This document shows positions 60,389 to 64,000 of a stretch of 64,000 nt of DNA, piece after piece. The stretch spans positions 160,001 to 224,000 of the forward strand of contig OZ241855.1 of the NCBI GenBank assembly GCA_965202785.1, written 5' to 3'. The notes beneath the pieces are model-generated. The model searched no databases. It was not told the DNA's origin and saw nothing but the letters and a program-made list of their open reading frames with translations. Every line of letters begins with the position of its first letter. Position 1 is the first letter of the stretch. A program made the position numbers and the translations under genes. This DNA is from Thermodesulfobacteriota bacterium (GTDB lineage: Bacteria > Desulfobacterota_D > UBA1144 > Nemesobacterales > Nemesobacteraceae).

Positions 60389-61720
60389 CTAACCTCCCTT
60401 CTTCGGCACCGGAAGTATTTCCTTCATCTCCGCTATGGAAACTGCCGGAAGGGTCTTCACGAACAGCAAGAAGAACATGAAGAACCACGCGAAACTTCCG
60501 ATTGTTATGCCGGCTTCGACGAATGATATCTTGTATATGCCCCAAGCGCCGGGCTCAAAATCTCTTGAAAGCGATATGACGATGATATTGAACCGCTCGA
60601 ACCACATTCCTATGTTTATCAGTATGGATATGACGAAAAGGGCCTTTATGTTCTTTCTCACGCTCTCCCACCAGAGCACTATGGGAACGAAGCAGTTGCA
60701 TATCACCATAGTCCAGTAGAAAGGCGCGTACTCTCCAGTCGCCCTGTAAACGAACTGTCCCCACTCATAAGGACTTCCGCTGTACCACGCCATGAAGAAT
60801 TCCGCAGCGTACGCGTAGCCGACTATGCAGGAAGTAAGAATTATGAGCTTCGCCATGCCATCGTAGTTATCAAGCGTTATGTAGTCCTCGAGATGGAAAA
60901 TCTTCCTTATCGGTATGGTAAGAGTGATAACCATCGCGAGACCCGAGAAAATAGCTCCCGCAACGAAGTACGGCGGGAATATTGTAGTGTGCCATCCGGG
61001 AACGTTACCCATTGCGAAGTCCCAGGACACGACGCTGTGAACCGAGAGGACAAGTGGCGTGGCGAGAGCCGCGAAGTAAAGATAGGCCCTCGTGTAGTGA
61101 AGCCATTCCTTGTTTGAACCCTTCCATCCGAAGGAAAGAATCGAGTATATGATTTTTCTCGGGGTTTCCTTGACCTTGTCCCTTATCGCCGCTATATCGG
61201 GAATCATTCCGACCACGAAAAACACCGAACTCACCGTAAGATAGGTGCCTACCGCAAACACGTCCCACACAAGCGGGGATTTGAAGTTTATCCACAGCTC
61301 CCTTGAATTGGGATAAGGGATCAGCCACAGGAAGTTCCAAGGTCTTCCAAGGTGGATTATGGGGAAAAGTCCCGCCGTGAGAACCGCGAAGACCGTCATG
61401 GCCTCGGCGATTCTGTATATGGACATCCTGAACCTGGCGCGGAAAAGATAAAGTATGGCCGAGATAAGGGTCCCGGAGTGCGCTATTCCAACCCAGAAAA
61501 CGAAATCGGTTATGTAAACTCCCCAGAAAACCGGGTGACGGTAGCCGGCGACTCCAAGTCCCGTGGCCACCTGATAGAAAAAACACGTGACGCCGAGTCC
61601 CACGAGCGCCACCGTGGGAAGAAAAAGCGCCCACCATTTCGCGGACGGCTTGTCGACCATCCTGACTACATCTTCAGTTATTCTCGCGTACGTTAAAGGT
61701 GTCTGCTGCGTCTGGCTCAT
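60389..61720 (-). CDS. actC: Alternative complex III NrfD-family subunit C
   Basis: FVFWVGIAHSGTLISAIL, HLGRPW, SPLVWDVFA, SVHSVVS.DFA and WHTTIFPPYFVAGAIFSG motifs. Confidence 0.95.
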   Translation of the reverse strand: MSQTQQTPLTYARITEDVVRMVDKPSAKWWALFLPTVALVGLGVTCFFYQVATGLGVAGYRHPVFWGVYITDFVFWVGIAHSGTLISAILYLFRARFRMSIYRIAEAMTVFAVLTAGLFPIIHLGRPWNFLWLIPYPNSRELWINFKSPLVWDVFAVGTYLTVSSVFFVVGMIPDIAAIRDKVKETPRKIIYSILSFGWKGSNKEWLHYTRAYLYFAALATPLVLSVHSVVSWDFAMGNVPGWHTTIFPPYFVAGAIFSGLAMVITLTIPIRKIFHLEDYITLDNYDGMAKLIILTSCIVGYAYAAEFFMAWYSGSPYEWGQFVYRATGEYAPFYWTMVICNCFVPIVLWWESVRKNIKALFVISILINIGMWFERFNIIVISLSRDFEPGAWGIYKISFVEAGITIGSFAWFFMFFLLFVKTLPAVSIAEMKEILPVPKKGG

Positions 61721-64000
61721 TAGACTCTTTCCTGTTTGACTTTCTTAAGATAGGTAATCGCGGGCTTAGTGTTTACCACTTCGAGAACCTTGTAACCCCT
61801 ATCGTCCCCAGAGAGCACCGACGCCCTGCTCTTGTCGTCAAGCAGGTTGCCGAACACTATGGCGTCGCTCGGGCAAGCCTGCTCGCAGGCCGTGAGAACC
61901 TCTCTGTCGCGAAGGAGCCTTCCTTCATCCTTCGCGAGGTCCTTGCCGTAGCTTATTCTCTGAACGCAGAAGGTGCATTTTTCCATGATCCCTTTCGACC
62001 TGACGGTCACGTCGGGATTAAGCTGCCAGTTAAGCGGCTCGGGGAACTTGTAGGTATACCAGTTAAACCTTCTTACCTTGTAGGTGCAGTTGTTCGCGCA
62101 GTACCTGGTTCCAACGCAGCGGTTGTATATCATGCCGTTTAGGCCCTCGTGGTTGTGGTAAGTCGCGAAAACCGGACACACGGGCTCGCAAGGAGCGTTT
62201 CCGCACTGCTGGCAGAGCATGGGCAGAAATCTTACGTCAAGGCTCCCATCGCTGTTTTTCTCAAAAAATCTCTCTATGCGAATCCAGTTCATCTCGCGAC
62301 GTTTCGCCATCTGCTTCTTTCCGACAAAGGGAATATTGTTCTCCGCGGAACACGCAGTCACGCAGGCTCCGCAGCCGGTGCACTTGTTAAGGTCTATTGC
62401 CATTCCCCATCTGTATTTCGAGTATTCTTTTTCCGGATAGAAATCAGGGTGCTCCGAGTGGTGCGCCCCATGGGCGCCGTTATGATGACCAATCTGGTCA
62501 AGAGCTACAGTCTTGGCGACATGCCTGTCTCCCTGGGTTTTCGTGTACTGCGTTCTTACGAGCAGATCCCTTTTTCTAAGAGATGAAACGTTTGCCTTGG
62601 TTGAAAGGAGCGAGAATCCCCCTGAGAGCGCGTCGGTCGCAGCCGGCAGCAGGGCAAAAGGATTCACCCCCCTTCCCTTCGCGTACCTTCCGTAGGAAGT
62701 GTGCCCCTGCCCCAGTGGAACGGCTATCGTATCGGGCCTTATTCCCTCATAGACGAAAACCTGGACCTCAAAGCTTCCCCCGGGGACATCCACCTTCACG
62801 TAGGAACCGTCCTCGAGGCCCATTTTCGCCGCAACCGCGGGATTTATCTCAAGCCACGAATCCCAGACCGAAGTGGTAAGAGCTTCGGGAAGTTCCTGAA
62901 GCCACGGCTTGTTTGCCCCCCTTCCGTCCAAAAACCTGTATGACGGATAAGCGATCAGGTGAAAATCTCCCTCTCCGCTAAACTGCGGGTCCTTGAACGA
63001 AACAGAACTTATCTTCGGTGAAAGAGCGACGCTGACGGGGGCAGGAGTGGTCGTGACGAACCCTTTTACGACAAGATTCTTCCAGAACTTCTCAAAGCCC
63101 GTTCCAGGGGAGATTGTCGCGGCTTTTTCCTTCCAGGCGTTTCTCAGATAGTCATAATATTTTTTCTCGGCAAAGGCATTTTTAAGCCCCTCGACATTCT
63201 TTGAAACCGATATCAGGGTATCACCCGCGGATTTGGTATTGAAAACGGGTCTCATAACGGGCTGAACGATACCGGTTACGCTTTTTTTCGGGCTGTAGTC
63301 ACCCCAGCTTTCAAAATTGGTGCTTTCCGGAAGTACGAGATGGGCTTTCTCGGAAGTTTCATCAAGGAACGCGGAAAGACTCAAGACAAACGGCACTTTT
63401 TCAAGCGCCTCGGCGACTTTCAGCTCTCCGGGAAGCGTGAAAACGGGGTTCACGTTATGAACGATGAGAATTTCCACCTTGCCCGACCTCATCTCCTCCA
63501 CAAGATTGCTTATATCGCCGAAAGTGTTCGCTCCCGAGATTGAGAGCGGATCTGAGAAATCAACCGTCTTGCCTATGTTTCCCGCAAGGTAGTTCAGCAT
63601 GTTCACGGCAACCATGGTTTCGGTAGCGTTCGATCCGGTGTTGGCGGCACCGCCGCCTATTGCGAGACTCTTGGAAGCCGCGAAGTCGCGCGCGATTTTC
63701 TGTATCGTGTCCGCGGACACTTCGGTAAGCCCCGCGACTTTTTCGGGCGTATAGCCTGAAACCATTGCGGCTATCGGCCCCGGGGCAACCTTGTTAAGCC
63801 CCTTTGAGATCATAACGTTAGCTATTCCCAAAGCGAGGTACTGTTCGGTACCCGGTTTCGCCGCGATCCATGTATCGGCATTTGAAGCGGTCATTCCGGA
63901 GCGCGGCTCTATATGCACAATCTGGCCGGTTTTCCCGTGATCTATATCCCTCAGCTTTGAATGCCCTATGGAATTTGAAACCGTGGATAGCCACGTCTCA
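61720..64000 (-). CDS. actB: Alternative complex III subunit B (molybdopterin-oxidoreductase-like plus Fe-S domain), 5' end beyond window
   Basis: Frame stays open to the window edge (ETWLS...HIEPR). DGRGAN.PWLQELP, CTGCGAC..AC, CQQC..APCE.VCP, RCVGTRYCANNC and MEKCTFC motifs. Confidence 0.95.
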   Translation of the reverse strand, partial: ETWLSTVSNSIGHSKLRDIDHGKTGQIVHIEPRSGMTASNADTWIAAKPGTEQYLALGIANVMISKGLNKVAPGPIAAMVSGYTPEKVAGLTEVSADTIQKIARDFAASKSLAIGGGAANTGSNATETMVAVNMLNYLAGNIGKTVDFSDPLSISGANTFGDISNLVEEMRSGKVEILIVHNVNPVFTLPGELKVAEALEKVPFVLSLSAFLDETSEKAHLVLPESTNFESWGDYSPKKSVTGIVQPVMRPVFNTKSAGDTLISVSKNVEGLKNAFAEKKYYDYLRNAWKEKAATISPGTGFEKFWKNLVVKGFVTTTPAPVSVALSPKISSVSFKDPQFSGEGDFHLIAYPSYRFLDGRGANKPWLQELPEALTTSVWDSWLEINPAVAAKMGLEDGSYVKVDVPGGSFEVQVFVYEGIRPDTIAVPLGQGHTSYGRYAKGRGVNPFALLPAATDALSGGFSLLSTKANVSSLRKRDLLVRTQYTKTQGDRHVAKTVALDQIGHHNGAHGAHHSEHPDFYPEKEYSKYRWGMAIDLNKCTGCGACVTACSAENNIPFVGKKQMAKRREMNWIRIERFFEKNSDGSLDVRFLPMLCQQCGNAPCEPVCPVFATYHNHEGLNGMIYNRCVGTRYCANNCTYKVRRFNWYTYKFPEPLNWQLNPDVTVRSKGIMEKCTFCVQRISYGKDLAKDEGRLLRDREVLTACEQACPSDAIVFGNLLDDKSRASVLSGDDRGYKVLEVVNTKPAITYLKKVKQERV

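Overview
Bacterial chromosome segment, mostly housekeeping genes. It opens with an rRNA operon on the minus strand (16S, tRNA-Ile, tRNA-Ala, 5' part of 23S). Core genes include cysS, nnr-tsaE-lysC-cimA, trhO, moeB, ffs-dnaX-ybaB-recR, cstA, clpS-clpA, murI, etfBA, rpiB-asd-dapA-rnhB, merR-tRNA-Pro x2-surE, purM and a cyclophilin. It ends in an alternative complex III operon (actB-C-D-E-F) that runs off the right edge. Gene order and content resemble Desulfobacterota-related lineages, possibly Ca. Dadabacteria; this is an inference and was not checked against a database. Accessory patches: (i) dinJ-yafQ, abrB-vapC, an orphan phd antitoxin with a toxin stub, and an ADP-ribosylglycohydrolase with an ATC start; (ii) an AT-richer islet after tRNA-Ser with a HEPN-like protein and an Mrr-type nuclease; (iii) between two cupin paralogs, a secreted tandem Cache-like protein with a Cys-TM-basic C-terminal anchor and no signalling domain, followed by a TonB-dependent receptor; (iv) a four-gene metal cassette led by a Cys-rich secreted ORF ending in RPP, whose stop codon region base-pairs with the next gene's Shine-Dalgarno sequence, a candidate ribosome-stalling metal switch. 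Items (iii) and (iv) are the best candidates for undescribed systems. No CRISPR array, integrase or transposase was seen.
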